Translations under genes and position numbers: made by a program
The notes under the pieces: generated by a model
Database searches by the model: none
The model's input: only the letters and a program-made list of their open reading frames with translations
What the model was told of the DNA's origin: nothing
NCBI GenBank assembly: GCA_945865925.1
Contig: CAMBFG010000001.1
Span: forward strand, 142,854 to 206,853
DNA: 64,000 bases
From: Dehalococcoides mccartyi
Lineage (GTDB): Bacteria > Chloroflexota > Dehalococcoidia > UBA2979
Direction: 5' to 3'
Shown: piece after piece, positions 28,736 to 37,928 of the stretch
Numbering within the stretch: position 1 is the stretch's first letter
Layout: each line of letters starts with the position of its first letter

Positions 28736-30694
28736 CTACTCCACCTCTTCCCGGTCGGAGTCGCCGACGCTTGTTCGACGCTCATCACGGACGATCTCCT
28801 GCATGCGTTCGACCGTCGCCACAAACTCTCCCGCGAGGGCGGCCGACTCTTCGGCAAGGCCCTCGGGTACTACCCCACCGTGGGCGGCGCGGGCGGCATC
28901 GAGCACCGCCGCACCCCCTCTACGTGCTTCAACGAATTCGGCGGTGCGTTGTTCCGCCGCAAATCTGGTGCGCGACTTCTGGCGGCGCAATCGAATCGTT
29001 TTCGCCATGTCGTCCACCATTGCAGGGACGTGACGGGCCTCGAAGTCGCGGAGCGGTACCGCAGCCAATTCTTCGTATTTCGTGCGCACGAGGTCATCGA
29101 GGTCGGCGAGGCGCTCACCGAGGTGGGCGTCCGCGACCCAGGCCTCCCAGAGCGCGCGGTTCACAGAATCCTCGAACACCTCGGGGGCGAGTTCGAGGCC
29201 GGCGGCGCGTGCCTCCGGGCGGGCAAGCAGCAGGCACAGCAATTGCCCTTCGCCATCGAGGACGGTGGGGGCGGCCTTCTTCGCCTGCTGGACCTCGCGC
29301 GGCGTCGCCACCGGGCGAGGGGTGACCGGCCGGCCGTAGGGGCCCTGTGTCCCCTGCGAAGCGCCTCCCGCGAGCAGCGCGAGCACGGTGCGCTCGTCCA
29401 CCTGTCCGAGGCGTGCCATGCGCGCGACGTAGTGCGACCGCACGACGGGGTCAGCGATCGCGGAGACCGTGGGCGCGAGGGCTTGCAGCGCCTTCGAGCG
29501 CGAGCGGGGGTCGTTGACGTCCGTGCCGGCCTCGATGGCGCGGAACAGGTGGTCGGCGACCGGGAGGGCGGCATCGAGCATCGCGCGGAACGCCTCGGGG
29601 TCGCGACGGACCATTGAGTCCGGGTCGTCGCCAGCGGGGAGCGTCACAACGCGAATGTCGGCCTCCAGCACATCCTGGTAGGAGACGAGGCCGCGCCAGT
29701 CGACGACGGGCACGGCGGTGTGTTCCGAAACGCCCGTGGCGACCTCGATCCCGCGAAGCGCAGCGGCCGATCCGGCGGCGTCCGCATCCAGGCCCAGGAT
29801 CACGTTGTGGCTGTAGCGCTTGAGCAGCGCCATCTGCTTCTCCGTGATCGAGGTGCCGTTGGAGGCGACGACGTGCTCGAAGCCGTACTGGTGGCAGGCG
29901 ATCACGTCCATGTAGCCCTCGACCACCACGGCACGGTCGAGGCGGCGGATCGCGTCACCGGCCCGGTCAAGGCCATAGAGGTTGCCGCTCTTGTCGAAGA
30001 GCGGGGTCTGCGGCGTGTTCAGGTATTTCGGCTCGTCGCCGGGCTTCATCGCGCGGGCACCGAAGCCGATCAGACGACGACGTCCGTCCCGCGTGGGGAA
30101 CATCAGGCGGTAGCGGAAGCGGTCGTAGATGCCTCGGTCACCCTTGATCGCCAAGCCGGCCTCGATCAGGTCGTCCTCGCTGAAGCCGCGGGCGACGAGG
30201 TGATCGGTGAGGCTGCGCCAGCCGTCCGGCGCGAAGCCGAGCTGCCACGCACGCACGGTGGCGTCGTCCAGGCCTCGACGCTCCGCGTAGGCACGGGCGT
30301 CTCCGCCTTCCGCGCCGGCGAGGGCGGCCTGCCAGAAGACGGCAGCCGCCTCGTTGGCGGCGAGCAGGCGCTCGTGCTGCTCTCGCTCCTCGCGCTCACG
30401 CGGGGACTGCTGGCGCAACTCGACGCCCGCGCGCTCGGCGAGGCGTTGGAGGGCTTCGCGGAAGTCGAGGTTCTCGACCTTGCGGACGAACTCGATGACG
30501 TCGCCGCCGGTGGAGCAGGAGCCGAAGCAGTGCCAGGTCTGGCGCTCCGGATCCACGGCGAACGACGGCGTCCGCTCACTGTGGAACGGGCACCGCGCCT
30601 TCCAGGTACGCCCGGCTTTTTTCAGCTCGGGTACATATCCGGAGACGACCTCGACGATGTCGAGGCGAGATTTGACGTCATCGATCACTGTCAT
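28736..30694 (-). CDS. dnaG: DNA primase
   Basis: N-terminal zinc ribbon CPFHSERTPSF...HCFGC, TOPRIM domain, C-terminal helicase-interaction domain. Confidence 0.95.
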   Translation of the reverse strand: MTVIDDVKSRLDIVEVVSGYVPELKKAGRTWKARCPFHSERTPSFAVDPERQTWHCFGSCSTGGDVIEFVRKVENLDFREALQRLAERAGVELRQQSPREREEREQHERLLAANEAAAVFWQAALAGAEGGDARAYAERRGLDDATVRAWQLGFAPDGWRSLTDHLVARGFSEDDLIEAGLAIKGDRGIYDRFRYRLMFPTRDGRRRLIGFGARAMKPGDEPKYLNTPQTPLFDKSGNLYGLDRAGDAIRRLDRAVVVEGYMDVIACHQYGFEHVVASNGTSITEKQMALLKRYSHNVILGLDADAAGSAAALRGIEVATGVSEHTAVPVVDWRGLVSYQDVLEADIRVVTLPAGDDPDSMVRRDPEAFRAMLDAALPVADHLFRAIEAGTDVNDPRSRSKALQALAPTVSAIADPVVRSHYVARMARLGQVDERTVLALLAGGASQGTQGPYGRPVTPRPVATPREVQQAKKAAPTVLDGEGQLLCLLLARPEARAAGLELAPEVFEDSVNRALWEAWVADAHLGERLADLDDLVRTKYEELAAVPLRDFEARHVPAMVDDMAKTIRLRRQKSRTRFAAEQRTAEFVEARRGGAAVLDAARAAHGGVVPEGLAEESAALAGEFVATVERMQEIVRDERRTSVGDSDREEVE

Positions 30695-30765
30695 AGGTAC
30701 TTATTACGACACCGGATGGGGAGATCCGTTACGCCCAAATGGCACTGGAATCTGAGATTGACGTG

Positions 30766-31188
30766 TTATCGCTGGATCACGGGAATCTGGGGCGGCGGCG
30801 GTGGCGCCGGTGGCCGGTTCCGTATCCGTTCAACGGCCGCGGCCTCCAGCCGTTCGACTTCCGCGACCAACGCGGTCACCCGGGCCGCGTCAGCCTGAGG
30901 GGCATCGAGGGTGCGCACGATGCGATAGCGGGCGCCGGCGAGGTCGTGGACGACCTGCGGGGGCAGCGGCTTCTCCGGAGGCGCCCCGTGCGTGCCGGTG
31001 CCACCGGCCTCGACGACCGCGCGGTGCTCCAGGGCGGCGAGGTTGGCGAGGAAGCGCACGACGGTCTGCCCGTCTCCGAGATCGGCGGCGAAGTCGCGCT
31101 CGGTGAGGCCCTCGAGCGCGCCGAGCAGCCCATGGCGGGCGGCGTCCAGCCGGACGGTGAGGGCGGTGCGCAGGGCGGGGTCGATCAC
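30766..31188 (-). CDS. DinB/YfiT-like four-helix-bundle protein
   Basis: DinB_2-like pattern with a Pro-rich C-terminus. Confidence 0.45.
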   Translation of the reverse strand: MIDPALRTALTVRLDAARHGLLGALEGLTERDFAADLGDGQTVVRFLANLAALEHRAVVEAGGTGTHGAPPEKPLPPQVVHDLAGARYRIVRTLDAPQADAARVTALVAEVERLEAAAVERIRNRPPAPPPPPQIPVIQR

Positions 31189-31210
31189 GCAAGTGCCTCA
31201 TCAGCCTCGA

Positions 31211-32338
31211 TCAGCGGGGGTAGGTGTTGTTGCCGAGGACGGCGTCCGCGATGGCATCCGTGGAGAGGCTGACGGCGATCAGACTCATGTCCACATCGCG
31301 CAGGCCAGTGAAGGGGATCGCCAGTGTCCCGTTCGGCTCGATGGTGCCCGACTGTTCGAGGCGGTCGAGGAGCCGTGTGCCCGGCAGTGGCTCCCGCACC
31401 GTGATGGTGTAGACGCCGCTGATCGGGATGCTACTGCGGTTGCGCACGGTCACCACGAGCGCGGTCGCACCGCGCTCCACGTTCGCAATTTCGAGGTCAG
31501 TCGGTTGATCCGGCTCGACGATGCCGGTGAAGGTGTTGTTCGCCGAATCGACTTCGGTTACAGCCGGGTTCGTGGTGATGGTGACGTTCACGGTGCCGCG
31601 GATCTGGACGTACACGCCTCGAACTGCTGCTTGCAGGCGCTGGCCGGCGCGCAGGCCTTCGTCGCTTTTGCCCTCGATGGGTGCGGGCGAGCCTCCGTCG
31701 ACTGAGGCGAGGAGCGTGCCGCGGAGGTCGGCGGGGCCGAGGTTCAGCACGGAGACGTAGAGCCGGTTGTCCTTCACGTAGGCAGACTCGATGCGCAGGT
31801 CAGGGCGGTCGGATGGCCCAGCCGGTGCTGTCCGCGCCGTGGCCGCGTTCGGATCCGCCGTCACGGTGCCGATGGAGGCGAGGTCGATGCCCTCGACATC
31901 ATTGCTCGGCAGCCAGCCGACGAGGTCAGGACGGTCGGCGGCGGCAGCAGCGATCCATGCACCGTCCGGGGACCGACCGACGATCCGCAGTTGCGTGCGT
32001 GCCGCGAGGCGGATGAGCACCGTGGCGTCTTCGCGGGGTTCTGCGCGGAGCGGCGCATCCCGCTTGAGCGTGGGGCCCCCAACGGTCGCTGTGGGCGTTG
32101 CGGGCGTGTTCGGCAGCTCGAAGGGGAACCACTCGGGGCGCAGCGCGATGACGGTCCCAGCGACCGCGATGACGAGCGTCCCAGCAGCGAGCAGGAGCCG
32201 TCCGCCGCGACCACCCCGATCGCGCCGAGTGGCGGCACGCGCGGCGTTCGCCACGACCTCGAGGTCACGGGCGGCGTCATGCGGCTCGTCGTCATGGAGG
32301 AGGTCGTCCAGCGGCTCGTCCGGGCGGCGCTCGGTCAT
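31211..32338 (-). CDS. membrane-anchored SH3b + tandem CARDB-domain protein
   Basis: Cytoplasmic N-terminus, one TM, SH3b-like segment (RIVGRSPDGAWI), two CARDB-like repeats (PDLRIESAYV..., PTDLEIANVERG...). Confidence 0.6.
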   Translation of the reverse strand: MTERRPDEPLDDLLHDDEPHDAARDLEVVANAARAATRRDRGGRGGRLLLAAGTLVIAVAGTVIALRPEWFPFELPNTPATPTATVGGPTLKRDAPLRAEPREDATVLIRLAARTQLRIVGRSPDGAWIAAAAADRPDLVGWLPSNDVEGIDLASIGTVTADPNAATARTAPAGPSDRPDLRIESAYVKDNRLYVSVLNLGPADLRGTLLASVDGGSPAPIEGKSDEGLRAGQRLQAAVRGVYVQIRGTVNVTITTNPAVTEVDSANNTFTGIVEPDQPTDLEIANVERGATALVVTVRNRSSIPISGVYTITVREPLPGTRLLDRLEQSGTIEPNGTLAIPFTGLRDVDMSLIAVSLSTDAIADAVLGNNTYPR

Positions 32339-33114
32339 CGCGCACCGCCCGCACCGACGAGGAGCACGCGGCGGATGTTGTTGACCTCGCTGGACTCTTT
32401 CACGCGGTTGCCGCGGTCGACCTCGATCACGAAGAGCCCGGTGCTGCGCACCTCCACACCCGTGTTCACTGAGGCGGAGCGCCCGGTGGCGAGGGGGCGT
32501 TCGGTCAGGTCGACTTCCAACACGCCGAGGATCTCGCCGTCGGCGCCCGCGACCTGGAGGCCGACGCGGCCCGCGAAGGCGGCGCGACCCTCGTTCGTGA
32601 TCCGGACGGAGAGGTTGCCGTTGGGTTGGACGTCCGCGCTCGCGACTGTGAGGTCGGGCAGGGCGTCTGCCTCAGCGGCAGCCGAGCCAGTGGTACCGCT
32701 CGCGGCCACCTCGGCGGCAAGCGCGGGCACCGAGGCGAGGTCGGGGAGGCCGGCGGTGACGAAATTCGCGCGCGGCACCCAGCCTTCGAGGCTCGACTGC
32801 GGCGGGTAGACCACACGTAGCCAGACGGCGTCCTCGGTCCGGCCGGTGACGAGCGCATCGTGGCCCGCGGGGATCACGGCGACCAGATCCGAGGCGCGGG
32901 CCGGGCGGGCGTAGAGGTTCGAGGTGGTCGCGAGACGTGCGGTCGAGGCGGCCATGACAGGCGTCGCGGCGTCAACGGGCGCCGTGGCACCACGACCGCC
33001 GTCCGCGAGCAAGATGACAGCGATGGCGCCAGCGGCAACCAGAACGACGCCGGCAGCGGCGATGACGGGTGGGCGAGGGGTTCCGATCGTCCGTGCCTCC
33101 GGCCCCCGCTGCAC
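32335..33114 (-). CDS. membrane-anchored SH3b + CARDB-domain protein (paralogue of 31211..32338)
   Basis: Same TM-SH3b-CARDB architecture (PDLTVASADVQPNGNLSVRITNEG...EVNNIRRV). 4-nt overlap with its paralogue. Confidence 0.6.
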   Translation of the reverse strand: MQRGPEARTIGTPRPPVIAAAGVVLVAAGAIAVILLADGGRGATAPVDAATPVMAASTARLATTSNLYARPARASDLVAVIPAGHDALVTGRTEDAVWLRVVYPPQSSLEGWVPRANFVTAGLPDLASVPALAAEVAASGTTGSAAAEADALPDLTVASADVQPNGNLSVRITNEGRAAFAGRVGLQVAGADGEILGVLEVDLTERPLATGRSASVNTGVEVRSTGLFVIEVDRGNRVKESSEVNNIRRVLLVGAGGAR

Positions 33115-33153
33115 TCGCAGTCTAGGCGCGCGGCTTGTCGGGCGGCCAGACCG

Positions 33154-34194
33154 CTAGCGGATGAGCCCGAGCGAGTGCGCCTGCCAGAGGGCGTAGCCGT
33201 CCGTCATGCCGGAGACGTAGTCGGCGGCCCGCCGCCACGCCGGATCGTCCGGGAGCGACCAGCCGGGGATCGCGGCAGGGCGTGCCTCGTAATGGACGAA
33301 CAGCACCTCGACGACCTGCTGGCCGCGTTCGGCCTCCTTCAGGACGTCCGGGTGGAGGTACACCCGCTCGAACATGAACTCGCGGAGGGCGTCGGTGGCG
33401 GCCAGCACCTCGTCGGAGAGGCGAATGTGAGGGGCGGCGGCCTCGAAGGTCTCGACGGAGGCGAGGACGCAGTCGGTGACAAGGGCGGCGACGCGGTCGC
33501 TGTGAGTGCGTCCGAGGACAGCGTGGGCAGCGGAGGGCAACTGTGACTCGGCGATCAATTCGGCGCGGATCGCGTCCTGGATGTCGTGGTTGAGGTAGGC
33601 GATGGAGTCCGCCAACTTCACGATCTGCCCTTCCAGCGTCGAGGCGTTCCCCCACGCCTCGGAGGCGACGGAGTCGCGCGTCTTCGAGTGCTTCAGGATG
33701 CCCTCGCGGGTCTGGTCGGTGAGGTTGAGGCCGCGGCCGCCATTTTCGAGGAGGTCCACGATGCGGAGGGACTGCTCGTTGTGTCGGAAGCCCTCGGGCA
33801 GCAGCGTGGCAAGCTGCTCTTCGCCGGCGTGTCCGAAGGGGGTGTGGCCGAGGTCGTGCGCAAAGCCGATCGCCTCCGCCAGGTCCTCGTTCAGGTTGAG
33901 CGCGCGGGCGATCGTCCGCGCGACCTGCTGGACCTCGATGGTGTGGGTCATGCGGGTGACGACGTGGTCGGAGTCGGGATGCACGAAGACCTGCGTCTTG
34001 TGCTTCAACCGTCGGAATGCCCTCGTGTGGATGACCCGGTCGCGGTCGACCTGGAACGCGAGGCGGATCGGGTCGGGCGGCTCCGAGCGCCCTCGGGTGG
34101 CGGCGGTGTCGCGCGTGGCGAGCGGGTGCAGTGAGGCCTCGCGGGCGGCCATCTGCTCACGGAGACGCTGGAGTCGGGCGGGGTCCACGCTCAT
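33154..34194 (-). CDS. dgt: dGTP triphosphohydrolase-like HD-domain protein
   Basis: HD motif THTIEVQQVARTIA...GFAHDLGHTPFGH. ATG at 34194 (the ORF's 5' extension is non-coding). Confidence 0.85.
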   Translation of the reverse strand: MSVDPARLQRLREQMAAREASLHPLATRDTAATRGRSEPPDPIRLAFQVDRDRVIHTRAFRRLKHKTQVFVHPDSDHVVTRMTHTIEVQQVARTIARALNLNEDLAEAIGFAHDLGHTPFGHAGEEQLATLLPEGFRHNEQSLRIVDLLENGGRGLNLTDQTREGILKHSKTRDSVASEAWGNASTLEGQIVKLADSIAYLNHDIQDAIRAELIAESQLPSAAHAVLGRTHSDRVAALVTDCVLASVETFEAAAPHIRLSDEVLAATDALREFMFERVYLHPDVLKEAERGQQVVEVLFVHYEARPAAIPGWSLPDDPAWRRAADYVSGMTDGYALWQAHSLGLIR

Positions 34195-34203
34195 GAGGGC
34201 ACC

Positions 34204-34245
34204 GTAACGAAATGGTTCATCAGGTGATACCGAACCAACGTTAAC
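34204..34245. promoter_or_regulatory. imperfect palindrome in the dgt/ppdK divergent intergenic region
   Basis: aaCGaaaTGGTTC-atcaggtgatacc-GAACCAaCGtt with 6-bp core arms TGGTTC/GAACCA. Inner ATCAggTGAT dyad. In the most AT-rich stretch of the intergenic region. A TATACT -10-like hexamer lies at 34270-75 on the ppdK side. Confidence 0.35.
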
Positions 34246-34428
34246 CCTCGACTCAATCCGCCTCCGACGTATACTCGATGCTGTCGACCCCACCGGTGCG
34301 GCCGGTCGGGCCCGAGACGATTCCTCCCCACGTGACCCAGATTCGGCGGCTCGCCCGCCGCATCGCCGGTGCCGCCGGGGATGGTGCTGTTGCCCGCGAA
34401 CGGCCCGCGAGTGGAAGGTGCGCCTCAG

Positions 34429-37152
34429 ATGACCACCACGACCAAGGAGAGCGACGCTCCGCGCCTCAGCGAGCGGATGGTCTACTTCTTCGGCAAGGGT
34501 CAGTCGTCGGACGGGCGCGGGCTGCGCGACCTCCTGGGCGGCAAGGGCGTGGGCCTCGCGGAGATGTCCAGCCTCGGCATCCCGGTGCCGCCGGGCTTCA
34601 CCATCACCACCGAGGTGTGCAACGCGTTCTACGCGCTCGGACGGAAATACCCGGACGGCCTCGAACCCCAGGTGCTCGAGGGGCTGCGCCAGATCGAGGA
34701 GCAGGTGGGAGCGACCTTCGGGGACGCCGACAACCCGCTGCTGGTCTCCGTACGTTCCGGCGCCCGCGTGTCGATGCCCGGCATGATGGACACCATCCTC
34801 AACCTCGGCCTGAACGACGTCACGGCAGCCGGCCTTGCGAAGCGCTCCGGCAACGAGCGCTTCGTCTTCGACTCCTACCGTCGCTTCGTGCAGATGTACG
34901 GGGACGTAGTCCTCGGCGTCGGCAAGGCAAGCGACACCGACCACGACCCGTTCGAGGTGCTGCTGACCGCGAAGAAGAAGGCGCGCGGCGTCGCCGTGGA
35001 CACTGACCTCGACGCGGCGGCGCTCAAGGAGCTCGTCGCGGAGTTCAAGGCGCTCGTGCTGGAGCGCACGGGCAGCCCGTTCCCGGAAGATCCGAAGGTG
35101 CAGTTGTGGGGCGCCATCGGCGCCGTGTTCAACTCCTGGGAGACCCCTCGGGCGTCGGTCTACCGGCAGATGCACGGCTACCCGGACACCTGGGGCACCG
35201 CCGTCAACGTGCAGGCGATGGTCTTCGGCAACCTCGGTGACGACTGCGCCACGGGCGTGCTGTTCACGCGCAACCCTTCGACGGGTGAGCGGCGCATCTT
35301 CGGCGAGTTCCTAGTGAACGCGCAGGGTGAGGACGTGGTCGCGGGAACGCGCACACCGCAGCCGATCCTGAAGGCCGACTCGAAGCCGGGCCTGATCTCG
35401 CTCGAAGAGTCGATGCCGCAGGCGTACTCCGAGATCGCCGCCGCGTGCGAGCGGTTGGAGTCGCATTTCCGCGACATGCAGGACATCGAGTTCACCATCC
35501 AGCAGCAGCGCCTCTGGATCCTTCAGACGCGTGGCGGCAAGCGCTCCGGCGCCGCGATGGTGAAGGTCGCCGTCGACATGGTGGACGAGGCGCTGATCTC
35601 GAAGCGGGAGGCGCTGCTGCGTCTTGACCCGGAGCAACTCGACGAGCTGCTGCACCCGGTCTTCCAGCCCGGTAGCAAGCGCGAAGTGATCGCGACCGGC
35701 CTCGGCGCGTCGCCCGGAGCCTCCGTCGGCAAGGTCGTATTCACGCCCGGTGACGCCGTGCAGTGGGCCGCGCGCGGCGAGGACGTCATCCTCGTGCGCG
35801 ACGAGACCAGCCCGGAGGACATCGAGGGGATGAAGGACGCGCAGGCGATCCTGACGGCACGCGGCGGGATGACATCGCACGCGGCGGTCGTGGCGCGCGG
35901 CATGGGCAAATGCTGCGTCACCGGCTGTTCGTCCCTCGAGATCGACTACGCGCACCGCGAGTTCACCGTGGACGTGCCGGGCAAGGGCCGCGTGATCGTG
36001 CGCGAGGGCGACGTGCTCTCGATCGACGGCACCACGGGCGAGGTCATGCTGGGCGCCCTGCCGCTCGAGGCGCCCTCGTTCCCGCCGGAGTACGACCGGC
36101 TGATGGGCTGGGTAGACGAGGAGCGCCGTCTGCGCGTGCGCGCCAACGCCGACACGCCCGAGGACGCCGAGCGCGCGCGCTCGTTCGGCGCGGAGGGCAT
36201 CGGCCTCTGCCGCACGGAGCACATGTTCTTCGGCGCGGACCGTATCCTGGCCGTGCGCCAGATGATCCTGTCGCAGACCGAGGAGGAGCGCCGCGCCGCG
36301 CTCGCGAAGATCCTCCCGTACCAGCGCGAAGACTTCGCGGGCATCCTGCGTGCGATGTCGCCGTTCCCGGTGACGATCCGCCTGCTCGACCCGCCGTTGC
36401 ACGAATTCCTCCCGCACACCGCGACCGAGATCGCCGAACTCGCCCAGGCGCTCAACCTGCGCGTGGCCGAGGTAGAGCGACGCGTCGAGGGCTTGCGTGA
36501 GGCGAACCCGATGCTCGGCCACCGCGGGGTCCGTCTCGCGATCACGTACCCGGAGATCTACGAGATCCAGGTGCGCGCGATCATGGAGGCCGCCTGTGCC
36601 CTCAAGAAGGAGGGCATCGACGTCCACCCCGAGATCATGATCCCGCTCGTGGGTGTCGAGGCCGAGCTGTCAGAGCTGCGTGCCCTCACCATCAAGACCG
36701 TCGAACAGGTGCAGCAAGAATGCGGCACGGAGGTCGCGTACACGGTCGGCACGATGATCGAGTTGCCCCGGGCGTGCATGGTCGCCGACCGGATCGCGCT
36801 GCACGCGGACTTCTTCTCGTTCGGCACGAACGACCTGACGCAGACGACCTTCGGCCTCTCGCGTGACGACGCAGGCCGCTTCCTGCCGTCCTACCTGAAG
36901 CAGCACATCCTCGAGCGAGACCCGTTCGTCGAACTCGACCGCGAGGGCGTCGGCGGCCTGATCCGCCTCGCGATCGAGAAGGGCCGGACGACGAAGCCCG
37001 GCCTGAAGGTCGGCATCTGCGGCGAGCACGGCGGCAACCCGCCCAGCGTCCACTTCTGCCACGAAGCCGGCCTCGACTATGTGTCGTGCTCGCCGTACCG
37101 CGTACCGATCGCGCGCCTCGCGGCGGCCCAGGCGGCACTCGCTCAGGGGTAG
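34429..37152 (+). CDS. ppdK: pyruvate, phosphate dikinase
   Basis: N-terminal ATP-grasp, phospho-His domain (TSHAAVVARGMGKCCV), C-terminal PEP-utilising TIM barrel. ATG at 34429 preceded by GGAAGG. Confidence 0.9.
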   Translation: MTTTTKESDAPRLSERMVYFFGKGQSSDGRGLRDLLGGKGVGLAEMSSLGIPVPPGFTITTEVCNAFYALGRKYPDGLEPQVLEGLRQIEEQVGATFGDADNPLLVSVRSGARVSMPGMMDTILNLGLNDVTAAGLAKRSGNERFVFDSYRRFVQMYGDVVLGVGKASDTDHDPFEVLLTAKKKARGVAVDTDLDAAALKELVAEFKALVLERTGSPFPEDPKVQLWGAIGAVFNSWETPRASVYRQMHGYPDTWGTAVNVQAMVFGNLGDDCATGVLFTRNPSTGERRIFGEFLVNAQGEDVVAGTRTPQPILKADSKPGLISLEESMPQAYSEIAAACERLESHFRDMQDIEFTIQQQRLWILQTRGGKRSGAAMVKVAVDMVDEALISKREALLRLDPEQLDELLHPVFQPGSKREVIATGLGASPGASVGKVVFTPGDAVQWAARGEDVILVRDETSPEDIEGMKDAQAILTARGGMTSHAAVVARGMGKCCVTGCSSLEIDYAHREFTVDVPGKGRVIVREGDVLSIDGTTGEVMLGALPLEAPSFPPEYDRLMGWVDEERRLRVRANADTPEDAERARSFGAEGIGLCRTEHMFFGADRILAVRQMILSQTEEERRAALAKILPYQREDFAGILRAMSPFPVTIRLLDPPLHEFLPHTATEIAELAQALNLRVAEVERRVEGLREANPMLGHRGVRLAITYPEIYEIQVRAIMEAACALKKEGIDVHPEIMIPLVGVEAELSELRALTIKTVEQVQQECGTEVAYTVGTMIELPRACMVADRIALHADFFSFGTNDLTQTTFGLSRDDAGRFLPSYLKQHILERDPFVELDREGVGGLIRLAIEKGRTTKPGLKVGICGEHGGNPPSVHFCHEAGLDYVSCSPYRVPIARLAAAQAALAQG

Positions 37153-37173
37153 GTCAGTTCAGATCAAACGAAA

Positions 37174-37199
37174 CAGGCGCCGATCTTTCTCGGCGCCTG
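37174..37199. terminator. bidirectional terminator-like hairpin after ppdK
   Basis: CAGGCGCCGA-TCTTTC-TCGGCGCCTG, a perfect 10-bp stem, between the ppdK stop (37152) and the convergent gene stop (37225). Confidence 0.5.
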
Positions 37200-37224
37200 C
37201 TTCGTACTCGTGGAACGATCTCGA

Positions 37225-37509
37225 CTACCGCGCCAGCACCGGCTCGTCGACCTCGCGGAGCATGCGCTCGACGGTGGCGAGACGCTGCTCGACTTCCTCG
37301 AGGCGCGTGAGGGCCTGGGCGGTCTCGCGCTGGGCTGTCGCAAGTTCATCGGCGAGCCGGCGCTGCTCTCGCAGTTCCGCAAGCGTCGCGTTGGTCCGCG
37401 TGCGTTCCCGCATGATCAGCATGACCTGACGCGCCAGGACGGTGAACACGATCGCGAGGATCGCGAAACCCGTCATCGCGAAGATCATTCCTGCCAACTC
37501 GTGGTTCAT
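37225..37509 (-). CDS. small membrane protein with C-terminal coiled coil
   Basis: One TM helix (MIFAMTGFAILAIVFTVLA) then a heptad-like Glu/Arg/Leu-rich segment. 10 nt downstream of the ArsR gene. Confidence 0.5.
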   Translation of the reverse strand: MNHELAGMIFAMTGFAILAIVFTVLARQVMLIMRERTRTNATLAELREQRRLADELATAQRETAQALTRLEEVEQRLATVERMLREVDEPVLAR

Positions 37510-37519
37510 CGATGTACCC

Positions 37520-37882
37520 CTAACTGTCCGTGTTCGTGCCCGTGGTGAGTCCGGCGCGCACCGCTGTTGCTACGACCTCGGGGGTGAGGTGCAAGGCGAA
37601 GGGCGTGGTAGCCACGTACCGCATCGCCTTGCCGTCTTCCGAGATCTCCATGCTGCTCCGCACGAGCCCGGCGGCTTCCAGCCGCTGAAGGTGCATGTGG
37701 AGCAGCGGCCGTCCGATCTGGAGGTCGCGCGCCAGCTGGCTCACGTAGTTCCGGCCGCCCGCGATCGCCTCGACGATGCGGAGCCGGTGCGGATGAGCCA
37801 GGGCCGTGAGCACGCGCAGCAGTCCGTCTCCATCCAGGGAGGCTCGGGCGGGATCTGCCGGTGCGTGGCTCACGTCGACCAT
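37520..37882 (-). CDS. ArsR/SmtB-family transcriptional regulator
   Basis: Winged-helix segment LRVLTALAHPHRLRIVEAIAGGRNYVSQLARDLQIGRPLLHMHLQRLEAAGLV. Confidence 0.8.
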   Translation of the reverse strand: MVDVSHAPADPARASLDGDGLLRVLTALAHPHRLRIVEAIAGGRNYVSQLARDLQIGRPLLHMHLQRLEAAGLVRSSMEISEDGKAMRYVATTPFALHLTPEVVATAVRAGLTTGTNTDS

Positions 37883-37918
37883 GTGTCAGAACATACTGAC
37901 ACATGACGACTCTGTCAA
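37880..37918 (-). promoter_or_regulatory. sigma-70-like promoter (TTGACA-17-TATGTT) with overlapping 10-6-10 perfect palindrome, leaderless start
   Basis: Minus strand reads TTGACA gagtcgtcatgtgtcag TATGTT ctgacac ATG. Palindrome CATGTGTCAG-aacata-CTGACACATG (37880-37905) brackets the -10 and includes the start codon. Confidence 0.65.
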
Positions 37919-37928
37919 TCATCGATGA

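Noticed and set aside
34429-35175. N-terminal 327-aa extension of the dgt ORF (ORF track 33154..35175)
   Set aside because: The dGTPase homology begins at the internal ATG (34194). The upstream part is R-rich, lies antisense to ppdK, and would abolish the divergent promoter region.
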